Positions 18,363 through 28,703 are shown, counted from the stretch's first letter. The stretch is 64,000 nucleotides of DNA from an uncultured delta proteobacterium (GCA_963848295.1 CAWKDB010000010.1:3680001-3744000), one strand, 5' to 3'. The notes: generated from the sequence alone by a model not told the origin. Translations and numbers: made by a program.

Positions 18363-20841
18363 ATGCCCTCCCGCCTGAGCTCGCTGCTGGTGCGCGACGG
18401 TCTCGTCGGCGTCAAGCGCATGGAGAAGGCGTTCCAACGCCAGGTGATCTACGGAGGCAGCCTCGACACGATCTTGCTCGAGATGAACCTGATCCCCGAG
18501 GAGCGGCTCACGCAGTACCTCGCGCTCGCCTCGGGCCTGCCGCCGGCGGCGCGCGATGAGGCCAAGACGATCCAGGCCGAGGCGACGGCGCTGGTCGAGC
18601 GCGAGCTCGCGGAGCAGTTTCGCGCGATCCCGGTCGCGATCGCGGGCCCTGCGGTGCGCGTGATCGTCTGTGCGCCGCTCGAGCTGACCGAGCTCGAGGA
18701 CCTGGCCGACTTGCTCGATCGCCCGCTGCAACCGCTGATCGCGCCGGAGTATCGATGGCACCTCGTGCTCGGCGCCGCGTACGGGCTCGAGCCGCCCGCG
18801 CGGTTCACGACGCTCGCGCGCCACCTCGAGGCCGACGCGACGCTGACGCCGGTCGGCCGCGCGCGCTCGGTGATCGTCGAGAGCTCGCCGCCCGCGAACC
18901 GTACGCAGTCGCCGGCCGGGCCCATGGCGCCACCGATCCCGCTACAAGTCGTAGCGCCGCCGCAACGCGACCCACTCGCACCCCTCGCGGTCGACGATCA
19001 CACGATGAAGATGGTCGCGACCCTCGAGGTCATGCCGGACGACGCCCGCCAGCGCACGAACACGCTGATCGGGATCAATCCCAATCGCGCCGCGACCGAG
19101 AGCGGCTCCGGCGTGCCGACGGCGCGCCCACCGGCGGCGATCGCGACGCCGAGCACCGGCATCCCGCGCCAGATCGTCGACGAATCCAGCACCGGGCCGA
19201 AGCGGCCGCGCAGAACGAGCGCGAAGGTCGCCAAGCGCGGCGCCTCGGCACCGATCGCCACCGAAGGGCGCGATAGCCCGCTCGCGTTCGTGCGCGCGAG
19301 AGATCCTCGCGACCGCCGACGATCGCGATACGGTGTTCATCACGCTGTTGCGCGCGGCGCGCTCGCGATCGCGCTGGGCCGGCTTGCTCACCGTGCAAGG
19401 GGGCGCCGCGATCGGTCGGGTCGCGCTCGCCGAGGCCGGGATCGATGTCTCTTCGATCAATCGCGTGCTGATCCCGCTCGACGGGGTCTCGCCGTTTCGG
19501 ACCGTCGTCAACAACCAGCAGCCACACATCGGCGCGTTGGTGTCGGGCGATCCGAGCATCGATTCGATGGTGTTGCGGATGGGCGGCACGATGCCGCCGT
19601 CGGGCCTGATCATGCCGATCGTGCTGCGCGATCGCGTCGTCGCCCTGGTCGTGGCGCATCGCGTTCACAGCGATCTGCGGATCGCCGATGTCACCGAGCT
19701 CCTGCCGCTCGCGAGCGCCTCGGCCGATGCGCTCGGCCGGCTGATCGTCAAGCACAAGTCGGCGGGGTATCGCACCGCAGGTGAAGTGCCCGTCGTCGAG
19801 ATCGAAGCCGAGATGATCGACACGAAGCCGGTGCGGCGCGCCGAGGCCGAGTGGAGCGCGCCGGACAACGTCGAGCAGCCGCCGCTGCCGTCGTTCGACG
19901 ACGACCCCGAGGTCGAGATCACGACCGAGCCCGCGCGATCGATCGAAGACGTGATCTCGGACATCGACGCTGCGAAAGAGGGCGAGGCCGACGCCGACAT
20001 CGCCGAAGCCGTCGAGCGCGCGGGCGAGACCCTGCGCGTGCTCGCGCGAAAGTTCCCCGGCAAGCTGCGCGTCGACCGCTTCGCGGTCATCGGCCGGCCG
20101 CTGCGCGCGATGCAATACGGCGGCATGCTCGAGCTCGTCGTCCGGCTCGGTGGCGCGGCGTCCGATCTACTGATCGAGAAGATGGCGGCACCGCAACGCG
20201 ACATCCGGTTCTACGCGACGGTGTGTGCCGCCGAGCTCAGGCCGCGCAACGCGGTGTTCGCGCTCGTCGAGCGCGTGTTCGATCAGGACTTCGGCGTGCG
20301 CGCCTCGGCGATCGAAGCACTCGCCGGTTATCCGGTGCAGGAGCTCGGCCAGGCGCTCGCACGGGCGAGGCGCGCGGTGCACTCGACCGATCCCGAAGTC
20401 GTCGCGGCCGCGACCTCGGCGCTCGTCGCACTCGGCGATGTCGAGGCGATCCCCGATCTCATGGGCGGCGTCGAGCGCAGCGATCGCGGCGGCGAGCACA
20501 CGCGCAAAGCGCTGATCGCGTTGACCGCGCAAGACTTCGGCCCGCACGAGCGCAAGTGGCAGAAGTGGTACGAGGGCGCGCGGCGCCGTCACCGCGTCGA
20601 GTGGCTGATCGAAGGCCTGAGCCACAAAGAGGATGCGATCCGCGAAGGCGCGATCAACGATCTGCGGCGACTCACCGGCGAGTATTTCGGCTACCACCAC
20701 GACCTGCCGCGGCGCGAGCGCGAGATCTCCGCCGAGCGCTGGGGCCGGTGGTGGCGCGAGTCGGGGCAGCGCCGGTTCGAGCATCGCGAGGACGAGCGCC
20801 ATCGCCCGACCGCGATCTTGCCATCGCGGAATCACGACTAG
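18363..20841 (+). pseudogene. FrgA-like MshEN(GspE-N)/GAF-like/HEAT protein split by a frameshift near 19292-19303
   Basis: N-terminal RLSSLLVRDGLV...Q MshEN-like motif; the second frame carries GAF-like and HEAT repeats; adding one CG unit joins ...FVRAR to EILATADDRDTVF. Confidence 0.7.
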
Positions 20842-20857
20842 CGCGGCGCCTGACGGA

Positions 20858-22069
20858 ATGAGAGCTGCAATCGCAATCTCGGTGCTCCTGATCGCATGCC
20901 ACGGCGATGCGGACGCGAAGCAGGAGGCGGCCGCGAGTCGGCGCGTCCAGCTCGTCTATGACATCGATCTCGACCTCGTGGTCAACGACTTGGCCGCAGA
21001 GGCGCGGCGCGATCTCGCAGCCGATCTCGGTGCGTCCGCGAAGTCGATCGCGATCTCCGCGACCGGCGAGGTCGAGGTCACGCCGAGCGATCCGACGAAG
21101 CAACTCGAGATCCACGACGAGATCGAACGCTCGTACCGCGACCAGGCCACGTGGCGCACGTGTGACCGGAGCGCGGTCGCGTTGTGCTTCGAGATGTCGG
21201 ACTCGGTCGTGACCGCCGCGAAGAGAGCCGCGCTCGCCCGGGCGGTGACGACCATCCAGAAGCGGCTGGTGGCGAGCAAGCTGGACGGCGTGACCGTGAT
21301 CGCGAAAGGGCAGCAGATCGTCGTCGAGCTACCGGTGGTCGAGGCTGCGGTGCTCGAAGGGATGCGATCGATGATCGCGAAGAAGGGCGGGGTCGAGCTC
21401 AAGGTCGTCGACGATGGCTCGGACTACATGCGGCGCTTGTTCGCTCACGTCGCCGGCGATCCGCAGACCGGAGCCGCGGCCGATCGGTCGGCGACTGCCG
21501 CGGGGGTCCGTGCCGAGGTCGAGACGTGGAGCCCGGACATCGGGCCGTCCCACACCGACTACTATCTGGTCGCCGGCGACAAGCGCGCGATCGAGCGCTA
21601 CGTCGCGGAGCTCGGTGCGGCCGACCCGACGTTCGAGGTCCCCGATGATCGCGAGCTCGGATACGAGCGGATCGAGCCGAAGAAACCGGGCGATCCGGTC
21701 AAGGTGCGCAGCTACTATCTCGAGCGCGCGGCATCGCTGGACGGGAGCGCGATCGCGAAGGCGCAGGTCGCGTTCGATCCGGTCACCAATCGACCGACCG
21801 TCTCGGTCGAGCTCGGGCGCAAGGGCGCGCGTGACTTCGCCGAGCTCACGACGCGGATCGCGGGAAAGAAGCTCGCGACGGTGGTCGATGGCATGGTCGC
21901 GAGCGCTCCGGTCGTCATGGGCCCGATCCGCGGTGGTCGCCTATCGATCACGATGGGCGGAGCGGATCCGGCCGCGATGCAGCGAGCGGCGACCGATCTC
22001 GTGGCCGTGCTCGAGAGCGGCGCGTTGCCGGCGCCGCTGCGGCTCGCTTCGCAGCGCCTCGTGCCCTGA
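20858..22069 (+). CDS. Lipoprotein consisting only of a SecD periplasmic (P1) domain
   Basis: Lipobox LLIAC; QLVYDID, TIQKRL, QIVVELP, GARDFAELT...LATVVDG.V.SAPV, VLESGALPAPL; no further TM helices. Confidence 0.75.
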   Translation: MRAAIAISVLLIACHGDADAKQEAAASRRVQLVYDIDLDLVVNDLAAEARRDLAADLGASAKSIAISATGEVEVTPSDPTKQLEIHDEIERSYRDQATWRTCDRSAVALCFEMSDSVVTAAKRAALARAVTTIQKRLVASKLDGVTVIAKGQQIVVELPVVEAAVLEGMRSMIAKKGGVELKVVDDGSDYMRRLFAHVAGDPQTGAAADRSATAAGVRAEVETWSPDIGPSHTDYYLVAGDKRAIERYVAELGAADPTFEVPDDRELGYERIEPKKPGDPVKVRSYYLERAASLDGSAIAKAQVAFDPVTNRPTVSVELGRKGARDFAELTTRIAGKKLATVVDGMVASAPVVMGPIRGGRLSITMGGADPAAMQRAATDLVAVLESGALPAPLRLASQRLVP

Positions 22070-22071
22070 GC

Positions 22072-22416
22072 TCAGCGCTTCGCGATCGTGATCGCGTTCT
22101 CCGGGCACGCGACGACGCACATCCCGCACGCGTGGCACGCATCGGCGTTTGGCGTGTACGCGGTCTTCTTGCCGTGCGCGCGACTCTTGAGCTTGCCGAT
22201 CAGCGATAACTTCGCGTAGTCGGCGTCGGCGATCCGGCCGACCTCGAACACGTGGTACGGACACACCGCGACGCAATCGGCCTTGCCCTCGCACTTGTTG
22301 CGATCGACGACGACCTGCCAGCTGCCCGGTTCGGCGCGGCAGTCGTCCCCAGGGCGTGCCGGGTCGCGTGCGGCGCGGCGTGCTTTGTCGGGGTCGAGCG
22401 AGTCGGGTTGCGCCAT
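22072..22416 (-). CDS. Ferredoxin (4Fe-4S dicluster family)
   Basis: CEGKADCVAVCP and CHACGMCVVACP. Confidence 0.85.
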   Translation of the reverse strand: MAQPDSLDPDKARRAARDPARPGDDCRAEPGSWQVVVDRNKCEGKADCVAVCPYHVFEVGRIADADYAKLSLIGKLKSRAHGKKTAYTPNADACHACGMCVVACPENAITIAKR

Positions 22417-22473
22417 GCCACCGAGCGTGCCCCACGGGACGTGCACCGAGTGTTGCGCGATCGCGAAGTTTCC

Positions 22474-23397
22474 TTACTTCAGCGCGGTGACGGCCGGGGC
22501 GGGCTCGGCAGCTTCGGGACGATCGAGGATCAGCGAGCTCATCGCGCCGCCGTTGTTGGCGCGCACGTACGCCACGAACGTGAAGTGGTTCACGCCGGGA
22601 TGCTTGGGCTCGACGTGGTAGATGAACAAGCGCTCGGCGCCGGGAGCGAGAGCGTCGTTATCCGCGTCATCGGAGTCGGTCGCGTCGGGCTGCGCGATCT
22701 GTCCGATGCTGTAAGCGGGGTCGGTGTCGTTCGTGAGCTGCGGCACCAGATCGAGGCCTTCCATGCCGAACAGCCGCTGGCCGACATCGGGGTAGAGGTT
22801 CGACAGCGGCTTCTTCGTCGTGTTCTTGATCCGCAACGCCACGGTGAACGGGCCCTCGCTCGGGATCGACGCGGGCGGCTCGAGCGTGGCGTTGAACGAG
22901 TTGCCGCTCCAAGTCGCCAGCCCGATCACCGCGGCCGCGTTGTCGTCCTTGTGATGGCCGTGCTGGCTGACGTGAAAGTCGATCCACTCGAGGTTGCCGA
23001 GCGGCGCCGCGTGCTTGCCGAGCTTGAAGCTAGCGATCGCCGGCGGGCCGCCGCCTGGTTGCGCGTGCAGCTTGATCGTCTTGTCGCCGACGTGCATCGG
23101 CGGGTTCTGGACGCGTTCGCCGCCGTAGCCCATGTCTTGCAGCGCCGTGACGTCGACGGTGACATCGTGCGCGGTGTCGGCGGTCGCGACCAAGGTCACC
23201 GTCGCGGTGTCGCCAGAGCGCATCGCACCGCGGTCGAGATCGACGGTGACCGTGGCGTCGTCGAGCTCGAGGGTTTGGCGCTCGGGGCGCAACGCGGGGC
23301 CGTCGGACTGGATGTCCGCATCGAGCGCGCGCCATCCAGCGGGCACCGCGATCGCGACGGTGACGAGGAACGCGCTCAGCGCGATATGCCGGGACAT
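22474..23397 (-). CDS. Exported hypothetical protein
   Basis: Signal peptide, beta-rich sequence, GC3-biased codons. Confidence 0.65.
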   Translation of the reverse strand: MSRHIALSAFLVTVAIAVPAGWRALDADIQSDGPALRPERQTLELDDATVTVDLDRGAMRSGDTATVTLVATADTAHDVTVDVTALQDMGYGGERVQNPPMHVGDKTIKLHAQPGGGPPAIASFKLGKHAAPLGNLEWIDFHVSQHGHHKDDNAAAVIGLATWSGNSFNATLEPPASIPSEGPFTVALRIKNTTKKPLSNLYPDVGQRLFGMEGLDLVPQLTNDTDPAYSIGQIAQPDATDSDDADNDALAPGAERLFIYHVEPKHPGVNHFTFVAYVRANNGGAMSSLILDRPEAAEPAPAVTALK

Positions 23398-23424
23398 GGC
23401 CGGGCAACGCGCGACGATCGGCGG

Positions 23425-24546
23425 CTATTGCGCGAACCGAGCGAGCACGTTCACCAGGCAGCCAAGTGAGCCGTTCAACCGGAAGATCGGCGAGACATCG
23501 ATCGGATGAACCTCGAAGCCCTGGGCCTCGTAGAACTGGATCGCGGCGGCGTCGAGCGCGGGCAGCGCGTAGGTCGGGAGATAGACGACACGCCGGTCAC
23601 CGTGGCGATCGAACAGCGCGTTCGTATACGTGACGAACGAGCCGCCGCCCGCGAGGACGAGCGCCGGCACGCGCACGACGTGGAAGCCGCGCGCGGCGAG
23701 GAGCGCGGCGGCGTGATCGAACCTCCGCGCTTGCAAATCGACATCGTCGAGCGCGAGCTCGGGCGGCGGTGTGCCGAGCAGGCGCATGCCCGCGCGCACG
23801 TCGCCGACGGCGATCGTGTGGTCGTCGAGCGGCATCATGTACATCATGATGTGGTGGCGCGGCACATCGCCGACCTCATCGCCGAGCCACACGATCTCTT
23901 GCGCGAATCGACGGTGGAGCTCGCGCTCGAGCGACGCGCGATCGGCGTCACCGCGACCGGCGTTGCGCGCGGTCAGGTTGACGTCGGCGAAGACGTAGCG
24001 CGGCGTCGCAGCGAGGTCGCCGCCTTCGAACGCGATGTTCGCGATGAGCGGCTCGTGGCCGTAGAGCGCGCGTGCGATCGCGTACGGCGATTCGGCGTCG
24101 CCGGCGCGCGAGGCGAACGGCGTCTCGACTTTCGGCGGCGCGAGGATGTTGCCACCGCCGTCGTCGTCGACCAGCGCGGCGTAGCGGTCGCGCGACCACG
24201 TCGTGATCGGACGGCCGACGAGCACCGCGCGCAGCCGTTCGAGATGCGGAGTGCCGACCGCGCGCAGCTCCGCGAGCAAGCGCTGGAAGTCTCCGGCCGC
24301 GGCGACCTCGACGTCGACCTCGACCTGCGCCGGCAGCGCCGCGAACAGTTGGCGCCACACGCCGAGCGCGACCGGATCGGCACTCGGCGCGTAGTGAATC
24401 GCGATCCTGCGCAACGCCGTGCTCGGATCCTCGGCGACGAGCCGAGTCGAGACTCGCGCGTTGCCGCGCGCGAGCCCGACGAGGACGACGAACGCGGCGC
24501 TCGCGAGCAGGCCCGCGCCGACGCCGCCGAGGAGCTTGCGAAGCAC
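23425..24546 (-). CDS. Pentein-fold (agmatine/peptidylarginine deiminase-like) exported protein
   Basis: WSRD, EGGD, HHIMMY, TYTN and GSLGC motifs; N-terminal hydrophobic anchor; start estimated at GTG 24546. Confidence 0.7.
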   Translation of the reverse strand: MLRKLLGGVGAGLLASAAFVVLVGLARGNARVSTRLVAEDPSTALRRIAIHYAPSADPVALGVWRQLFAALPAQVEVDVEVAAAGDFQRLLAELRAVGTPHLERLRAVLVGRPITTWSRDRYAALVDDDGGGNILAPPKVETPFASRAGDAESPYAIARALYGHEPLIANIAFEGGDLAATPRYVFADVNLTARNAGRGDADRASLERELHRRFAQEIVWLGDEVGDVPRHHIMMYMMPLDDHTIAVGDVRAGMRLLGTPPPELALDDVDLQARRFDHAAALLAARGFHVVRVPALVLAGGGSFVTYTNALFDRHGDRRVVYLPTYALPALDAAAIQFYEAQGFEVHPIDVSPIFRLNGSLGCLVNVLARFAQ

Positions 24547-24589
24547 GTCGAGGTAACGCCGGTGGGCTGCGCGGTATTCGTGGACGTGC

Positions 24590-24883
24590 ACGTGATCAAG
24601 TGGAGGTGATTGTGCCGAACGCTGAAGTGGCAGATCCGCAGCCCGAGTTGGTTGAACGCCGAGACCTGCAGCGCCTTACGGATCGCGCGGTAGGCCGTCT
24701 CGGTGCGCAGCGCGGCGACCGCCGCGGCCACGCGCAGTGTGATGTGGAGCGGCTTGGTCGGATCGAGCTCGGCACGTCGCACGTGCGTGACACCGGCGCG
24801 CGACCCCCGCTGCGTGCGCCGGCCTGTGGACGATGCCGCTCGCGCGGACAGCCGCTCGCGCCGCCGATCGAGGTCCTCGCCAT
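24590..24883 (-). pseudogene. Truncated RAYT/IS200-like HUH tyrosine transposase
   Basis: RAGVTHVRR...PLHITLRV...LRICHFSVRHNHLHLI; similarity stops right after the HUH motif and no catalytic Tyr helix follows. Confidence 0.7.
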
Positions 24884-25142
24884 CGACCGTCCGCGGCTGA
24901 GCTCGCTCACTTGGACGGCTGCGCCGCGATCGATCGCGATGAGCGCGACGCGATGGAGGTAGCGGCGCACCCGTCCACATCGCGCCACAGGCTCTGCCAC
25001 CAAGACCTCGTCTTCCATTCGTCGATCATTCAAATCGATCCATGGAACCACCATCGTGGCGTCAGGGGTTGTTCGGATTGTGAGCGACCGGGCGCGACGG
25101 ACACTTCGAGCGCAGTCGGGCACCGCCTAAGGTGAGTCCGCG

Positions 25143-25187
25143 CGTCACATCGAAGATGTGACGAATCATGAGACGTGGACGTCCACG
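25143..25187. repeat. Perfect hairpin CGTCACATC-GAA-GATGTGACG and 14-bp palindrome CGTGGACGTCCACG
   Basis: Read directly at 25143-25163 and 25174-25187. Confidence 0.8.
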
Positions 25188-25199
25188 ATCGGATCTCTC

Positions 25200-28100
25200 C
25201 TACGAAGCCAGCGCCCGTCGGGCCCGCAGCCGCAGCACCCAATCCGTGCCAAACGGCGCGATCCCGATCTTGTCGGCGATGCCCTCGAGCCGCTCCGCAA
25301 CGGACGCATCCCGGCACACCGCGGCCGACAGCGCGATCACGCCGGGCTCGGTCGCGGCTGCCATCGCGAGCACGTGCTCGACGTTCTGGCCGAAGTAGTC
25401 GAGCCGCCCACCTTGGGTCAGTGCCATCACCGGCCCGCGGTGGATCGCGAGGCTGCACGCGACGCTGTCGGTCAGCGGATTTCGCCCCAGCGCCGGCGGC
25501 AGCGCGAGCGCGAAGTCGGTCGCCGCGCCGGCGCGCTCGAACGCGGCGATCGCGAGGCCGCCGAACGTCTTGATCAGCGAGCCGCCGTAATCGCGTGCGA
25601 GCTGCGACACCTGCTCGAAGAACTGGGCCGCGACCGGGAACGCCTTCGCGTCGCCGAGCTCGTCGAACAACGTACGCGCATCGGTGATCTGCGCGACGAC
25701 GAGCGTCGCTTGCGTCACCGCCATCAAGCGGCCAGGCGCGAGCGCCTGATCGGGGAACAGGTCGCGGAACGACGCGCACGCGATCACGCGCGCCGCTGAC
25801 AAGGCATGCGCGCGGTCGCCGGCTCGCTCGACGCGCACGAGCACCTCGCGCGACGTCGGGTTGACGAGCGTCAGCAGCTGATCACCCACGGTCAGCGCCG
25901 GGACGTCGCTGCGTTCGCCGAGCACGATATCGATCCGCCGCACGCCGCCGGACGCGGTGACGCGCAGCTCGTGGGTGCGCGGCAGCTGCGGGCTGCGCAG
26001 CAGGTAGAAGCCGGTCGCGAGCGACAACGGCAAAGCGAAGCGCTCGCCCGGACCGAGCCGGACCTGCGCGGCGACGTGCGGAAAGTGCGCCGGGCCACCG
26101 ATGCAATACGTCCGGGTCTCGACGTCGCGCACCTCGGACGACGCGCGAAACGCGAGCTCGATCGATCGCGAGAAGTCGACCTGGAAGCCGAGGTTGCAGG
26201 TCTTGCACGAGCCGTGTTCCTCGATCTTCGCCATCGAATCGACGATCGTCGACGGGATCCGACACGACGGGCAGATCACGTCCCACACCATCGACAGCGT
26301 GCCGAGCTTCGCCGAGTACAGGCACGCGTCGATCATCGGCTCCTCGGCGACGCCGAACTTCTCCGCGAGCTCGAGCGGCCGGATCCGCGCGACGTCCTGG
26401 TCCGACGCGCGCCCCAAGAACGAGCTCAGCGCGGTCACCGCTTCGACCGGCACGCCGGCGGCGAGCAGCTGATCGGAGACTTGCTGCAGGCGCGCTTCGG
26501 CTTCGGGGGCGAGCACGACCTCGGGATCGATGGGGTCGATCTCCGGCCGTGGCCCCGCCGCCAGCACGCGGTCGAGCCGGCGATACACGCGATCGAGCCG
26601 CCGGCGATAGCGCACGCCGATCTCGAATCGCGACATGAACCGCGCGAGCCATCCGCGCGGCTCGATCCGGACGGTGTTGCGCAGGCGCGTACCGCCGCCG
26701 GGGAGTCGCTCGAGCTGGACGTCGGCGACGTACCACCGCAACACGCCCTTATCGAACACGCGCAACACGACGTGCCGGCTGCCCTCGATCCATTCGTACG
26801 GATGCTCGCGCCATTGCAGCGACAGGCCGGCGACCCGCTGCTTGCCGGTGGCGGCGGGCGCGACACCGGCCGCGACTCCGATCGACTCGACCTCGAACCG
26901 GACCGGGGCCAGGCCGGTCGCGCGATTCATCTTCTCGGTGTTCGACACGAACGGCCACAGCGCCTCCGGCGAGGCCTCGAGCTCCCACTCGAACACGAAC
27001 GATCGCACCGATTTCTCGCGGTGCACCGGTGGCGCCGGGTGCGCGGCGATCAACGCGGCGGTGCCATCGCACAGCGCCTCGAGCTCGGCGAGCAGCTCGG
27101 CGGCGTCTTGCGGGCGCTGCTTCGGATCTTTCTCGAGACAGCGCGCGATCAGGTCCGCGACCGCCGGGCTGACCTCGGGCACGACCGTATCGAGCCTGGG
27201 CGCCGGCTCGCTCAGGTGCTTGAGGATCACGCCCATCTGGTTGTCGTCCTCGACGACGAACGGCGGCCGGCCCGCGATCAGCGCGAACAAGCAGCAGCCG
27301 AGCGCATAGACATCGGTCGCGGGCGTGACGAGCGCGCCCTGACATTGCTCCGGCGCCATGTACTCCGGCGTGCCGAGCACCGCACCTTCGCGCGTCGCGC
27401 CCTCGGGTGCCTGGTGCTCGACGAGCCGCGCGATGCCGAAGTCACCGAGCTTGACGATCTGGCCGATCGGCTCGGTCTCGAGCTCGAGGCCGTCGCGCAC
27501 GAACATCACGTTCTCGGGTTTGACGTCGCGATGGACGATCCCGAGGCGATGCGGCTCGGCGAGCGCGCGGCAGGTATCGGCGACGATCGACAGCGCCAAC
27601 CGCTCGGGCAATCGGCCGAGCCGGCGCAACGCCGCCGACACGCTGCCACCGGCGACGAGCTCGAGCACGAGGTAGTGCAGCCCGCGATCCTCGTTGAGAT
27701 CGACGAAGTTCGAGATGAACGGGCTGCCGACGCGGGCGAGCACGCGCGCCTCCTTGCGAAACCGATGCAGGAGCTCGTCATCCGCCGCGATCTCCGGCTT
27801 CAACAACTTGATCGCGACATCGGGCCCACCGGTCGTGTCGTGCGCCGCCCACACATCGCCCATCGCGCCCGAGCCGAGCTGGCGCGACAGCTCGAAGCGG
27901 CCGAGCCGCAGGCCCATGCCCGGGCGCGCGCTGCGTACGACGTCGTCGAGATCGGGCTGCGTGATCGCCGGGCGGCGCGCGACCTCGCCGATCTGGTCCG
28001 CGAGGTCGGTCGCGAGCTGGTGCGCGCTCGGGCGCTCGTCGGGCTCGGCTGCGCACGCGCGCTTGATCGCATCGCGCAGGCCGGCGCTCGGCTCGCGACC

Positions 28101-28703
28101 GGCCGACGTCGCGAACAGCTCGGCGAGCGCACCGATCGCGAACACGTCGGATGCCGCATCGGCGGGCGCACCGGCGGCGACCTCCGGTGCGACACAGCGC
28201 GCAGCCCAGGCGTGACGCGTCGAGCGCGTGGCGAGCCCGGTGAGCTCGAACCGCGGACGATCTCCGGCGCCGACGTGCACCGACCATGGATGCAGCGAGC
28301 CGTGCGCGAGCGCGAGGTGATGAGCGGCCGCGACCGCGCCGGCGAGCGACGCCAGGATCTGCAACGCGCGATCGAGATTGCACCCGGCCTGATCGACGAG
28401 CTCGGCCAGCGGCGGAGCACTGTCACCGTCGAGCACGACGGTCGGTGGCGCTGGCTCGAGCCCGAGCACGCCGCGCACGGCGGGTCGATCGATCGCGGCG
28501 ATCGCGCGCAACCGCGCTTCGAGCAGCTTCCACCGCGGCGACTCGGGGCCAAACGTCAGCTCGACGAGCTCGACCAGGCGATCGCCATCACGCGCGAGCA
28601 CCGCGGTGCCATCGGGACCGACGCCGAGCTGCGCTAACGGCGTGCGACCGTGCTGAGCCGGCGTCGCGAACAACGCAGGCATGGTCTGGTCGACCTGTCC
28701 CAC
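25200..28703 (-). CDS. Pseudokinase + Ser/Thr kinase + SRPBCC + DUF5939 + degenerate class III cyclase fusion
   Basis: Second kinase intact (GSGAMG, VAIK, HRDVKPEN, DFG, APE); LWPFVSNTEKMNR; CPSC...CKTC and YCIGGP; RLDYFG; GTG start with TATGCT 6 nt upstream. Confidence 0.85.
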   Translation of the reverse strand: MGQVDQTMPALFATPAQHGRTPLAQLGVGPDGTAVLARDGDRLVELVELTFGPESPRWKLLEARLRAIAAIDRPAVRGVLGLEPAPPTVVLDGDSAPPLAELVDQAGCNLDRALQILASLAGAVAAAHHLALAHGSLHPWSVHVGAGDRPRFELTGLATRSTRHAWAARCVAPEVAAGAPADAASDVFAIGALAELFATSAGREPSAGLRDAIKRACAAEPDERPSAHQLATDLADQIGEVARRPAITQPDLDDVVRSARPGMGLRLGRFELSRQLGSGAMGDVWAAHDTTGGPDVAIKLLKPEIAADDELLHRFRKEARVLARVGSPFISNFVDLNEDRGLHYLVLELVAGGSVSAALRRLGRLPERLALSIVADTCRALAEPHRLGIVHRDVKPENVMFVRDGLELETEPIGQIVKLGDFGIARLVEHQAPEGATREGAVLGTPEYMAPEQCQGALVTPATDVYALGCCLFALIAGRPPFVVEDDNQMGVILKHLSEPAPRLDTVVPEVSPAVADLIARCLEKDPKQRPQDAAELLAELEALCDGTAALIAAHPAPPVHREKSVRSFVFEWELEASPEALWPFVSNTEKMNRATGLAPVRFEVESIGVAAGVAPAATGKQRVAGLSLQWREHPYEWIEGSRHVVLRVFDKGVLRWYVADVQLERLPGGGTRLRNTVRIEPRGWLARFMSRFEIGVRYRRRLDRVYRRLDRVLAAGPRPEIDPIDPEVVLAPEAEARLQQVSDQLLAAGVPVEAVTALSSFLGRASDQDVARIRPLELAEKFGVAEEPMIDACLYSAKLGTLSMVWDVICPSCRIPSTIVDSMAKIEEHGSCKTCNLGFQVDFSRSIELAFRASSEVRDVETRTYCIGGPAHFPHVAAQVRLGPGERFALPLSLATGFYLLRSPQLPRTHELRVTASGGVRRIDIVLGERSDVPALTVGDQLLTLVNPTSREVLVRVERAGDRAHALSAARVIACASFRDLFPDQALAPGRLMAVTQATLVVAQITDARTLFDELGDAKAFPVAAQFFEQVSQLARDYGGSLIKTFGGLAIAAFERAGAATDFALALPPALGRNPLTDSVACSLAIHRGPVMALTQGGRLDYFGQNVEHVLAMAAATEPGVIALSAAVCRDASVAERLEGIADKIGIAPFGTDWVLRLRARRALAS

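Noticed and set aside
24898..25123. Possible small ORFs between the RAYT remnant and the hairpins
   Set aside because: No consistent codon bias, RBS or recognisable motif in any frame I examined.
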